Below are positions 1 through 11,689 of a DNA stretch of 64,000 bases, piece by piece. The stretch spans positions 558,001 through 622,000 of the forward strand of contig NIVC01000180.1 of the NCBI GenBank assembly GCA_002269645.1. The letters are read 5' to 3'. This DNA comes from Macrostomum lignano (taxonomy: Eukaryota). Every line of letters starts with the position of its first letter. Within the stretch, counting starts at the first letter, position 1. Below the pieces are notes generated by a model. The model saw nothing but the letters and a program-made list of their open reading frames with translations. It did not search any database and was not told the DNA's origin. The position numbers and the translations under genes were made by a program.

Positions 1-83
1 TGACAATCAAATATATAAACACTGAGTAAAGAATGATAATTTAAAAAAGCGACTGTTCTGCAAACAAAAGCTGAGTTTTTACA

Positions 84-932
84 GATCTCAGTTTCAGATC
101 CAATAGATCTCAATCTCACACCCAACAGATCTCAATCTCACACCCAACAGATCTCAATCTCACACCCAAAAGATCTGTCTCACACCCAACAGATCTCAAT
201 CTCACACCCAACAGATCTCAGTCTCAGATCCAACAGATCTGTCTCACACCCAACAGATCTCAATCTCACACCCAACAGATCTCAATCTCACACCCAACAG
301 ATCTCAATCTCACACCCAAAAGATCTGTCTCACACCCAACAGATCTCAATCTCACACCCAACAGATCTCAGTCTCAGATCCAACAGATCTGTCTCACACC
401 CAACAGATCTCAATCTCACACCCAACAGATCTCAATCTCACACCCAACAGATCTCAATCTCACACCCAACAGATCTGTCTCACACCCAACAGATCTCAAT
501 CTCACACCCAACAGATCTCAGTCTCAGATCCAACAGATCTCAATCTCACACCCAACGGATCTCAGTCTCAGATCCAATAGATCTCAATCTCACACCCAAC
601 AGATCTCAATCTCACACCCAACGGATCTCAGTCTCAGACCCAACAGATCTCAGTCTCACACCCAACAGATCTCAATCTCACACCCAACAGACCTCAGTCT
701 CACACCCAACAGACCTCAGTCTCAGATTCAACAGATCTCAATCTCACACCCAACAGACCTCAGTCTCAGATTCAACAGATCTCAATCTCACACCCAACGG
801 ATCTCAGTCTCAGATCCAACAGATCTCAATGTCACACCTAACAGATCTCAGTCTCAGATCCAACAGATCTCAATCTCACACCCAACGGATCTCAGTCTCA
901 GATCCAACAGATCTCAATCTCACACCCAACAG
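84..932. repeat. Minisatellite, 22-nt unit AGATCTCAATCTCACACCCAAC
   Basis: Direct tandem units with variants, ending just upstream of the DEGS acceptor and ATG. Confidence 0.95.
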
Positions 933-975
933 ATCCAGATTCTCTCGCCACCCTTCACAGCAGCCGGCAGTTGCC

Positions 976-1759
976 ATGAACAGCCCAGCCGAAAATCTCC
1001 GGTGGTCGTTTTTCAACGCGCTGAAGCTGAGCATGAAGCTCGAGCTGGACGCCGACACGTGGGAGTACAACGAGGAACCTCATGTGACCAGGCGGCGGGA
1101 GATCCTGGCAAAGTATCCCCAGATTAAGAAGCTGATGGGCTACGATCCCAGAATTGCTCTGGTGGTCAGCGCAGAGGTTCTCATCCAGCTGCTGATCTGT
1201 CAGGTGATCTCGCAGGCCAACCCGTCCTGGGGCTGGTTGGTGCTGCTGGCGTACGTGGTTGGAGCCACTCTGAACCACAGCCTGGCCTCCGCCATTCACG
1301 AAATCGGTAGGTGGATTGCTGGGTAGGTTGGTGAGTAGATTGTTGGGTAGGTTGGTGGGTAGATTGTTGGGTAGGTTGGTGAGTAGATTGTTGGGTAGGT
1401 TGGTGGGTAGATTGTTGGGTAGGTTGGTGGGTAGATTGTTGGGTAGGTTGGTGGGTAGATTGTTGGGTAGGTTGGTGGGTAGATTGTTGGGTAGGTTGGT
1501 GGGTAGATTGTTGGGTAGGTTGGTGGGTAGATATCTGGTGGGTTAGCGGGTAGATTGCTGGGTAGGTTGGTGGGTAGATTTCTGGTGGGTTAGCGGGTAG
1601 ATTGCTGGGTAGGTTGGTGGGTAGATCGCCGGGTGGCGCGAGGTACGTTCGCGAGTGGAATGACAGTGAGCAACCTTTTTGGAGAGAATTTCCAAAGTAT
1701 TAGTAATGTATTAATGGATTTACTAGCGAGTAGATTAGCGAGTAGCTCGGTGGGCAGAT

Positions 1760-1842
<83 letters not shown>

Positions 1843-3451
1843 AGAGTGTCTGTGGCAATGCGCACTAACTTACTGACATGCTGTTTATACAAGAACTTAT
1901 TATGAAAATGCATCGATGGAGGGTAGTGAGCAGAGCGAGCTCAGCGCTCTCACGGCCCCGAGCACGTGACTAAGAGCTGCGAGCACTGAGTCCTCGACTA
2001 CTATTATTATGCGCCTTTCTCTACAGGCCAGCTCCAGAGAAAGATGCAAAGCAGCGAGTTTACTGAGCTTGTATCTTGGCAGTTTGAGCCTTCGTACAAC
2101 CCGCAGACATCTGCGAGGCTCAGAGTGAACCGGTCGAAATCTGCCACTGTCCTTTGGTTTGATTGCCGTGGTCCAGGGTCCCAGATCACAAACTGACCTC
2201 TATTTCATCTCTCCTGTCTCTAGGACCCAACGTGACCTCACATTGACCTCTCTTGTCCCCGATCACAGTTGACCTCCATTTGACCACTCCTGCATACAGA
2301 TTTTAAATTGACCTTGAATTAACCTCACTTCTCTTATCTTTGAGCTCCATTATCCATGGACGTAGGTCGTAAACAATCTGACCCCTCCTTGACCTCTCCT
2401 GTCCGCAGGTCACAATCTAGCCTTCGGTCACAAGCGGCCGTGGGCCAACCGGCTGCTGTCCATCTGGTGCAACCTGCCCATCGCAATCCCGCTGGCCATC
2501 AGCTACAAGAAGTACCACACCGACCACCATCGCTGGCTCGGCCACGATCAGAACGACGTCGACATTCCAACCGGTCTGGAGGCGCGGCTGTTCCGGCACC
2601 CGGCCACGAAGCTGCTGTGGCTGTGCGCGCACCCCTTCATCCACGCGCTGCGCCCGTTCGTGAAGTCGCCGAAGCCGACAACGCCCTGGGAGGTGTTCAA
2701 CTTCGCCTGCTGCCTCGCCTTCGACTTGGCCGTCTACAAATTCTTCGGGGTGAAGCCGCTCTGCTACCTGGTCATCGGGTCCCTGTTCGGCTTCGGCATT
2801 CACCCCATGGCCGGGCACTTCATCTCCGAGCACTACCTGTTCTCAGGTGGCCAGGCCACTCACAGCTACTACGGGCCAATGAATGCCCTGCTGTTCAATG
2901 TGGGCTACCACATCGAACACCACGACTTTCCGTACATTCCGTACAGGTGTGTAGTAGCAATAGCAGTAGCAGCAGTAGCAGTAGCAATAGCAACAGTAGC
3001 AGCAGCAATAGCAGTAGCAGTAGCAGCAGCAGTAGCAGTAGCAGCAGCAGCAGCAGTAGCAGTAGCAGCAGCAGTAGCAGCAGCAGCAGCAGTAGCAACA
3101 GCAGCAGCAGTAGCAGCAGCAGAAGCAGCAGCAGCAGCAGTAGCAGCAGCAGTAGCAGCAGCAGCAGCATTAATTGCTGCTGGTTCACCTGTACTGAGAA
3201 TTTGCACTGATCCAACAGCAAATAATTCGCCTTCCAGTCGCCTACCAGAGGTTCGCCGAATCGCTCCGGAGTTCTACGACCCGCTGCCGCATCACTCGAG
3301 CTTGCTGCGGGTGCTGTGGGACTTCATCACCAAGGACCAGCTGGGCCCGCACGCCAGAGGCGTCACCAACGAGAACAAGAGCAACCCGGAGCTGTACAAG
3401 GAGGTCCGCAAGGACATGGCCTTGCGGATTCGGCCTTTGGCGACGCAGTGA
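976..3451 (+). CDS. DEGS1: Sphingolipid delta(4)-desaturase / C4-hydroxylase (DES1/DEGS family), 3 exons: 976-1306, 2409-2946, 3238-3451 (about 360 aa)
   Basis: The spliced translation has the DEGS N-terminal motif (WEYNEEPHVTRRREILAKYPQIKKLMG) and three histidine boxes: HEIGH (across intron 1), HTDHH and HIEHH. It also has GHFISEHY, SYYGPMN and the C-terminal RLPEVRRIAPEFYDPLPHH. Splice sites are atcg|gtaggt, ccgcag|gt, tacag|gtgtgt and ttccag|tcg, with phases 1/1 and 2/2. The start could be ATG976 or ATG1033. Confidence 0.93.
1310..1625. repeat. Minisatellite, 24-nt unit GGGTAGATTGTTGGGTAGGTTGGT (DEGS intron 1)
   Basis: Tandem units start immediately after the donor site. Confidence 0.95.
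1762..1839. repeat. (GA)n microsatellite
   Basis: Seen directly. Confidence 0.95.
2952..3170. repeat. (GCA/GTA)n trinucleotide repeat filling DEGS intron 2
   Basis: Seen directly. Confidence 0.95.
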
Positions 3452-4084
3452 AGTGTGGCGGCTGGTTTCCGGTGTCACAAACCTCGTAATGCTTCTCAAA
3501 CTGATTTTGGCGCAGTTTTAAATCCGTGATTTTTTTCTACAGCAATCTGAAACTGAGCAAACTCAGCAGCGTGGCGGCGAAATTGTGCCTCATCTGACAG
3601 ATATTTTTTGGTCAAGTTGACTAACCGGCTTTTTACTATGTTTTCTAGCGCTCCATCGTTTTCCAGCCTGCTTACTGTCAGTAGCGCAAGGCGCGCATGC
3701 GCCCGCGGCGAATTTTCGCGGCGGGCCGGACCTCGCTGACGACATTGTTGCTGCCTTCGTTTTCAGGCCCCTTTATTTTATCGTTGATATTCCAATAATC
3801 ATTCCTAGAGAATGATATCTGTGTTTTCCATTTACCTGTTTACAGCTTTACCTGCAAGGTTTAGGTTTCTTGAAGCACTGGCTTGAAAAAAAAATTGTCT
3901 CAACCTAAACTGGAACTCTTATTGTAGCTTCTGCAGCTTTGCTTTTGCCTGCTCAATTTTAATTTGAAAGCTTCTAATTAGCATATTTGGCCACTGTTGC
4001 TGGGTTTGATTGATGTTATCATGAGATTCTCACTGGCACTCCCTTGAGTATTTGAGTAGCAATTCTTTGATAATCTTAGACACG

Positions 4085-4870
4085 CCATTAGACTCTTGAG
4101 CACTCCACTGAGCACTCACTGAGCACTCCCTAAACACTCACTGAGTACTCACTGAGCACTCCACTGAGCACTTCCTGAGCACTGCCTGAGCATTCCACTG
4201 AGTACTCCCTGAGCACTTCCTGAGCACTGTCTGAGCATTCCACTGAGTACTCCCTGAGCACTTCCTGAGCACTGCCTGAGAATTCCACTGAGTACTCCCT
4301 GAGCATTCCACTGAGTACTCCCTGAGCACTTCCTGAGCACTGCCTGAGCATTCCACTGAGTACTCCCTGAGCACTTCCTGAGCACTGCCTGAGAATTCCA
4401 CTGAGTACTCCCTGAGCACTTCCTGAGCAGTGCCTGAGCATTCCACTGAGTACTCCCTGAGCACTTCCTGAGCACTGCCTGAGCATTCCACTGAGTACTC
4501 CCTGAGCACTTCCTGAGCACTGCCTGAGAATTCCACTGAGTACTCCCTGAGCACTTCCTGAGCAGTGCCTGAGCATTCCACTGAGTACTCCCTGAGCACT
4601 TCCTGAGCACTGCCTGAGCATTCCACTGAGTACTCCCTGAGCATTCCACTGAGTACTCCCTGAGCACTTCCTGAGCACTGCCTGAGCATTCCACTGAGTA
4701 CTCCCTGAGCACTTCCTGAGCACTGCCTGAGCATTCCACTGAGTACTCCCTGAGCATTCCACTGAGTACTCCCTGAGCACTTCCTGAGCACTGCCTGAGA
4801 ATTCCACTGAGTACTCCCTGAGCACTCCCTAAGCAATCCCCCGAGCACTCCCTTGAGCATTCCCTGAGCG
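4085..4870. repeat. Compound minisatellite built from CTGAGCACT/CTGAGTACT sub-units
   Basis: Tandem units between the convergent DEGS and neuropeptide genes. Confidence 0.9.
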
Positions 4871-5317
4871 CTTCCCTGAACAATCCTCATGAGCACTTCC
4901 CTGAGCATCTCTTTCAGCACTCCCTCGAATGGTACTCCCTGCGACTCTGTCAACAATTTAATAAACTTGTTTTTGCATATCAAAATGTAGAATACCGTTA
5001 GCCATTGCTATTTTTGGTGTGCATTGATTTACAATTGCTTTGAATACACGCAGTCCCTCATTAGTTTTTTATTCAGAGCGAAGCTCCTTGAGAGCGGGAG
5101 CAGCAAGCTGCTTCAGAAATCAGAAACTCAAATAAATAAAAAATTGTTGATTTTTTTGAAGAAGAGAATGGCCGTGGCTGCTTTATTGCGCAAAAAATTC
5201 ATCAGATTGATTATCGTTTATTGTTTATCAGTCCGATTCCCCACAAGTCAGCCGAAAATCTCCCCGCCCAAGTTGTAGAGGTTTACTCCGTGTGAAACAC
5301 GAAACACCTGGAAATAT

Positions 5318-6001
5318 TTAATTGTGATCAGCAGCCTCCCCTGGTTCTATATCTAATCCCTGTCGCTTCCCCAGTCGGACAAAGCTCGGACGTTTACCCA
5401 GTCGGACAAAGCTCGGACGTTTCCCCAGTCGGACAAAGCTCGGACGTTTCCCAAGTCGGACAAAGCTCGGACGTTTACCCAGTCGGAAAAAGCTCGGACG
5501 TTTACCCAGTCGGACAAAGCTCGGACGTTTACCCAGTCGGACAAAGCTCGGACGTTTACCCAGTCGGACAAAGCTCGGACGTTTACCCAGTCGGACAAAG
5601 CTCGGACGTTTACCCAGTCGGACAAAGCTCGGACGTTTCCCCAGTCGGACAAAGCTCGGACGTTTCCCCAGTCGGACAAAGCTCGGACGTTTACCCAGTC
5701 GGACAAAGCTCGGACGTTTACCCAGTCGGACAAAGCTCGGACGTTTCCCCAGTCGGACAAAGCTCGGACGTTTCCCCAGTCGGACAAAGCTCGGACGCTT
5801 ATCAATATCACCGCCCTGTAGGCTTTCAGCGGCCGAGTCCTGCATCAGCCAGGAGTCCCGGGCGGTCGAGGGCTCCTCCACCGCGGCGTCACTGAGACTC
5901 GCTGACGGCACTTCGCCAGAGCTGGCGGCCAGGGCGAGCGGCAGCAGGGCGGCCAGGGCGAGCGGCAGCAGGGCGGCCAGCAGCAGCGGCATGCAGCGCA
6001 T
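5318..6001 (-). CDS. npp-1: Neuropeptide prepropeptide, FVRIamide/FxRIamide (flatworm npp-1-like) family: signal peptide, acidic spacer, 16 x PSF(V/F)RL-G-KR
   Basis: True ATG in gccATG context, then a hydrophobic signal (MRCMPLLLAALLPLALAALLPLALAASS). After DIDKR come 16 tandem 27-nt units, each encoding PSFVRL plus Gly (amide donor) plus a KR dibasic site. Unit differences are mostly synonymous (GGT/GGG, CTG/CTT), with one V>F. An acceptor ttttag lies 28 nt before the ATG and an AATAAA about 95 nt after the stop. The family name rests on recalled similarity to FVRI/FVRL-amides. Confidence 0.9.
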   Translation of the reverse strand: MRCMPLLLAALLPLALAALLPLALAASSGEVPSASLSDAAVEEPSTARDSWLMQDSAAESLQGGDIDKRPSFVRLGKRPSFVRLGKRPSFVRLGKRPSFVRLGKRPSFVRLGKRPSFVRLGKRPSFVRLGKRPSFVRLGKRPSFVRLGKRPSFVRLGKRPSFVRLGKRPSFFRLGKRPSFVRLGKRPSFVRLGKRPSFVRLGKRPSFVRLGKRQGLDIEPGEAADHN

Positions 6002-6300
6002 GGCTGTTCGGTCAGCTCCGGATGCACTCCTAAAACGGTTGAAGATCCAATCGGTTCAATTCAGTCAGACAGCGCTCAAAATCAGCAACCAACTCACTTG
6101 AAAAATTTGATAAACTCGCAAATCCGAATGAAATTTCCTTGGAAGCAGAAGCAGCAGACAGCAGCAAAGGCGGCGGCGGCAGCAGCAAGAAGACAAGCAG
6201 AAGTGGGCGGGCGCTGTTTTCAGCCAGGGATTTCAGTTTCAATCATTGGCTGTCCGGCTGTGCGCCTGTCCGCGAGCGCCAGGGACCGGAGGACTGGCCG

Positions 6301-7115
6301 GGAGCGGCAGTGTGAGATTATCAGAGCGGCAGTGTGAGATTATCAGAGCGGCAGTGTGAGATTATCAGAGCGGCAGTGTGAGATTATCAGAGCGACAGTG
6401 TGAGATTATCAGAGCGGCAGTGTGAGATTATCAGAGCGACAGTGTGAGATTATCAGAGCGGCAGTGTGAGATTATCAGAGCGGCAGTGTGAGATTATCAG
6501 AGCGGCAGTGTGAGATTATCAGAGCGGCAGTGTGAGATTATCAGTGCGGCAGTGTGAGATTATCAGAGCGGCAGTGTGAGATTATCAGAGCGGCAGTGTG
6601 AGATTATCAGTGCGGCAGTGTGAGATTATCAGAGCGGCAGTGTGAGATTATCACAGCAGCAGTGTGAGATTATCAGTGCGGCAGTGTGAGATTATCAGAG
6701 CGGCAGTGTGAGATTATCAGTGCGGCAGTGTGAGATTATCAGAGCGGCAGTGTGAGATTATCACAGCAGCAGTGTGAGATTATCAGTGCGGCAGTGTGAG
6801 ATTATCAGAGCGGCAGTGTGAGATTATCAGTGCGGCAGTGTGAGATTATCAGAGCGGCAGTGTGAGATTATCACAGCAGCAGTGTGAGATTATCAGTGCG
6901 GCAGTGTGAGATTATCAGAGCGGCAGTGTGAGATTATCAGTGCGGCAGTGTGAGATTATCAGAGCGGCAGTGTGAGATTATCACAGCAGCAGTGTGAGAT
7001 TATCAGTGCGGCAGTGTGAGATTATCACAGCAGCAGTGTGAGATTATCAGTGCGGCAGTGTGAGATTATCAGAGCGGCAGTGTGAGATTATCAGTGCGGC
7101 AGTGTGAGATTATTC
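6301..7115. repeat. Minisatellite, 22-nt unit GAGCGGCAGTGTGAGATTATCA
   Basis: Seen directly. Confidence 0.95.
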
Positions 7116-7961
7116 GAGCGTGGCGGCCTGGCCTAAAAGCGACCAAAGAAGCGGTGTTCTCTAATGCTCTCTTGTGGGCCCGAGAGGTCTGTCATTCAGC
7201 AGTTTTTTTGGTTGGATTTTCCATCAGTGTGGCGCAGTTTTGCGAAATCAGACTAAAAATAGCCTCTCTTTGCAATCAAATTTTGCCGTGGATTCCACGA
7301 AACCAGCATGAAAAACTGTTTCTGTTTTGGGCCTAAAAAAACCGACTCATTACGGGCAGATCGCAGGGCGCAGTCTGGAAATTTGAAGTGTTTCAGAATT
7401 TCAACCGGGGGAAGGAGACAGGCAAGAGTGCATCGTAGTGGAACAAGCCAAAATTTGCAGGCAAATTTATTGAAGCAAAACTTTAAACGTTTAAGGAAAC
7501 TGCGAAAGACAAAAAAACTGAACAAACAAGACCCCTTGGCTCACAGACAGGACAGAGCACGTGCAACACACGCGAACAACGAGTCTCAGTCGCCTAGTTT
7601 TGACATTCTGCTGCCATAACCGGGATATATTTGGTATAAAAATCTCCATCTACACTTCGGGTTCACCTCGGCGGTTGCGGAATAACGGAAGAGAAGCAAA
7701 ATCAACGAGCGATTCTTGACGCAAAGTTTTCCGAATTTTGAAGCAACCTGCCTCTTGATTACGCTGGATACTCGCAGGTGTGGAAAAATATTGTGTTCTC
7801 TGTTCCGGAGCAGCAAAATTTAATTGCTGCTTTGCCGTGCTTCCTGCGCTCCGACCGGCCGAAATTTCCTTGGGGAATTGATTTCTGTCCGGGACAAATC
7901 TGCGACCCACCACCTCGGCCTGCATTCGCTTCCACCCACCGTGGCCTTTGAGCTCTATCGG

Positions 7962-8333
<372 letters not shown>

Positions 8334-8899
8334 GGGTCAGTCTGTTCAAGCAGTTCAATCCGCTCTCCCTCACTCAGTCAGTCTCCGCACGCCCCCATTC
8401 CACATCTGTGGGCCCCACCGGTGATTACCGGAATAAATTTTGAAGAGCCGCTGACCCGCCAGCGCGAGGACTTCATTATCATGGGTTCGCGAGGCGGGGG
8501 GGGGGGCGGTGGCCGTGCGGAGCGGCAGCCGTCATCACGGCCGTCAACCCACCCGCCGGCTCCTCATCGACCGCTCCCGGAGGGCCGAGGCCGCAATCCC
8601 GCCTTGCTCAAAATTAAATGGGGAGCTGGTGGAGGTTTGCTGCGGCCGCTGCCGAGGTAAGCGCAAACCTCTGCTCTCCACTGTCGGCGGCCTGTCACTT
8701 TGGCAGCTCTGTTTTCTGGCAATGAGACTCACCGATGCCTGACTGCGGCACTGCAAGCTCTTCTTTATCTCTTTTCCACGCGCCAAAGACCTCAGATTCG
8801 ATTCGAAATGAAAATCCAAGTGCCGAAGCCTCTGGGCACAAAGTCTGAGTGCAACTGTTCGCCTAATATATAATCTATCAACTCAAGACAGGATCGCCC

Positions 8900-10020
8900 G
8901 TCTCTTATTTCTAATGAGTCGTCTGTAATTAGGATTTCCCATCTCTTATCTCTAATGAGTCGTCTGTAATTAGGATTTCCCATCTCTTATCTCTAATGAG
9001 TCGTCTGTAATTAGGATTTCCCATCTCTTATCTCTAATGAGTCGTCTGTAATTAGGATTTCCCATCTCTTATCTCTAATGAGTCGTCTGTAATTAGGATT
9101 TCCCGTCTCGTATCTCTAATGAGTCGTCTGTAATTAGGATTTCCCATCTCTTATCTCTAATGAGTCGTCTGTAATTAGGATTTCCCATCTCTTATCTCTA
9201 ATGAGTCGTCTGTAATTAGGATTTCCCATCTCTTATCTCTAATGAGTCGTCTGTAATTAGGATTTCCCGTCTCGTATCTCTAATGAGTCGTCTGTAATTA
9301 GGATTTCCCATCTCTTATCTCTAATGAGTCGTCTGTAATTAGGATTTCCCATCTCTTATCTCTAATGAGTCGTCTGTAATTAGGATTTCCCATCTCTTAT
9401 CTCTAATGAGTCATCTGTAATTAGGATTTCCGGTCTCTTAATTCTAATTAGTCATCTGTAATTAGGGTCTCCCGTCTCTTAATTCTAATTAGTCATCTGT
9501 AATTAGGGTCTCCCGTCTCTTAATTCTAATTAGTCACCTGTAATTAGGGTCTCCCGTCTCGTATCTCTAATTAGTCACCTGTAATCAGGGTCTCCCGTCT
9601 CTTATCTCTAATTAGTCATCTGTAATTAGGATTTCCCGTCTCTTAATTCTAATTAGTCACCTGTAATTAGGGTCTCCCGTCTCTTAATTCTAATTAGTCA
9701 TCTGTAATTAGGGTCTCCCGTCTCTTAATTCTAATTAGTCACCTGTAATTAGGGTCTCCCGTCTCGTATCTCTAATTAGTCACCTGTAATCAGGGTCTCC
9801 CGTCTCTTATCTCTAATTAGTCATCTGTAATTAGGATTTCCCGTCTCTTAATTCTAATTAGTCACCTGTAATTAGGGTCTCCCGTCTCTTATCTCTAATT
9901 AGTCATCTGTAATTAGGATTTCCCGTCTCTTAATTCTAATTAGTCACCTGTAATCAGGGTCTCCCGTCTCTTATCTCTAATTAGTCATCTGTAATTAGGA
10001 TTTCCCATTTCTTATCTCTA
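8900..10020. repeat. Minisatellite, 41-nt unit TCTCTTATCTCTAATGAGTCGTCTGTAATTAGGATTTCCCA
   Basis: Tandem units. The variant type changes between the left half and the right half (after about 9420). Confidence 0.95.
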
Positions 10021-10584
10021 TTGAGTATTCTCTAATCTCATATCTATCTGTATACATGCGCTTCCCAGGTTAACAGTATATTTTTTTAAACTTTCGAGGC
10101 CTCTTGCGGCAGCTCGGCAGCCCAGTCCCGGCCCCTCAAACTTGGCTCCGCAACCCGAGCCAGGCGGAGCCGGAATTCCCCACAGGCCGCTCAGCGAAGG
10201 CCGCATTGGTGGCAATTTGTTCAAAGCAAAATTGCGGGTGGCGGCCGCTCCTGCCGCAGCAATATGCTAATCCCAATCGGCCTTATTTACCCAGCCGGGC
10301 ATCCCGGCTCCCCAGATTGAGGAAAAATTTCTTCAGTTGCACTTTCAGCAAAGACGAATAGCAGAGGCTTTCAAAATGAAAATTTCGGCTTTGGAAACAA
10401 TATTTCGGCCAGTTTATAAACTGCTGCGGCCGATTAAAGTGCTCGGGCGATTTTTAATACTGATGCAGCAGAGAGGCTGGGGATTGAAAAGTGCCCGTGT
10501 ACTTTATTAAGGAGATTGCTTAGACTAAGTTTATCCCAATGTTGTTGAAGGTGCTCAAAATTGCAGTGAGGCTGGAGTCTTCAA

Positions 10585-10820
10585 TCTGATCAATGGGATC
10601 AATGGGATCAATGGGATCAATGGGATCAATGGGATCAATGAGATCAATGGGATCAATGAGATCAAGGGGATCAATGGGATCAATGGGATCAATGGGATCA
10701 ATGAGATCAATGGGATCAATGGGATCAATGAGATCAAGGGGATCAATGGGATCAATGGGATCAATGAGATCAATGGGATCAATGGGATCAATGGGATCAA
10801 TGGGATCAATGAGATCAATG
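10585..10820. repeat. 9-nt repeat CAATGGGAT
   Basis: Seen directly; it abuts the 3' end of the LINE fragment. Confidence 0.95.
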
Positions 10821-11630
10821 GGCACGAACGTAGGCCACACTGCTGGCGCCGGCGTCAGCCAGCAGGCAGTCGACGAAACGCCGAGTGGTGGTGGTGGTGG
10901 TGGTGGTGGTTCCCGGCCAGAGCTAGTCCGGGGGCGCCTCTGCTCCCCTCTCCTCTGGAGATACTCGAGCACACGGGGGCCGTCGTCTGCGATGACTGGC
11001 AGCGTCGGGTTTGGTCACAGGACCTCCGCCCGGGTGTCTGCGTGTGTCGGGCATTGGATGATGAGGTGTTCGAGGTCCTCCTCGGCATTGCCGCATGCTG
11101 GGCAGTGGCCGGTGCGGAGCTGGGCCAGGGTCACTTGGACTTTGCGGCCGGAGCCCGGCGGTAGGCGTTTCGGTGGCCTCCCATGTGTGGCAGAGCGATG
11201 CGTCGCGCAGTGTTGGTCATTGGCGTAGGCCTGGTGGAGGTCCGAGGCTACCAGCAAGGCGATGGCCGACCGGGTGCTGCGAAGGTCCAGTGGAGCGTCC
11301 GCTTGAGGGAGCCGAGCCGCGTCGCGCGCTGTGCTGCCTGCCAGGTCTTTGAGCCGCAGGTCGCAGTGGCCAGATGTCCCTGCAGCATGGCGAGAGGCGC
11401 GGTGAGGGGCAGCAGCACCTCCTGCATCGGCAGCGGGGAGTTGGACTCTACCAGTAGGATTTCGTCTACCAGCTGGATTCGCCGATGGCCTAACAGTTCG
11501 CTGGGATGGGACAGGCCGGTGCGGCGACAGAGTGCCGCATTGGTGACTCGCTCGTAGCCGATCTTGAAGGTAAAGGCGCGCAGCAGGTCTATGCGCCGCA
11601 TAGACCTGCTGTTCGAGCGAGTCCGTCAGC
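10820..11630 (-). mobile_element. 3' fragment of a related RTE-like LINE interrupted by a second LINE 3' fragment (about 10885-11395) with a CCHC finger and (CCA)n tail
   Basis: The outer pieces (LLRAFTFKIGYERVTNAALCRR...QEVLL and tcggcgtttcgtcgactgcctgctggctgacgccggcgcc) match the 61.2-61.5 kb copy. The inner piece encodes LAQLRTGHCPACGNAEEDLEHLIIQC (CX2CX8HX4C). Confidence 0.72.
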
Positions 11631-11689
11631 GGACCTGCTCTTCAAATTACCTAAGCGATCTTAGCGAGAGTAAATTTAGAGAGATTAAT

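Noticed and set aside
3690-3726. GC-rich hairpin with adjacent GCGCATGCGC palindrome
   Set aside because: Single short stem with no Helitron CTRR end or other support; could be chance in GC-rich DNA.
5353-5811. Overlapping VRALSDW-repeat ORF
   Set aside because: Alternative frame of the neuropeptide repeat with no signal peptide.
6301-7115. Regular short repeats as possible CRISPR arrays (also 22540-23190 and 34615-35955)
   Set aside because: Units are head-to-tail with no unique spacers, no cas genes are present, and the context is eukaryotic.
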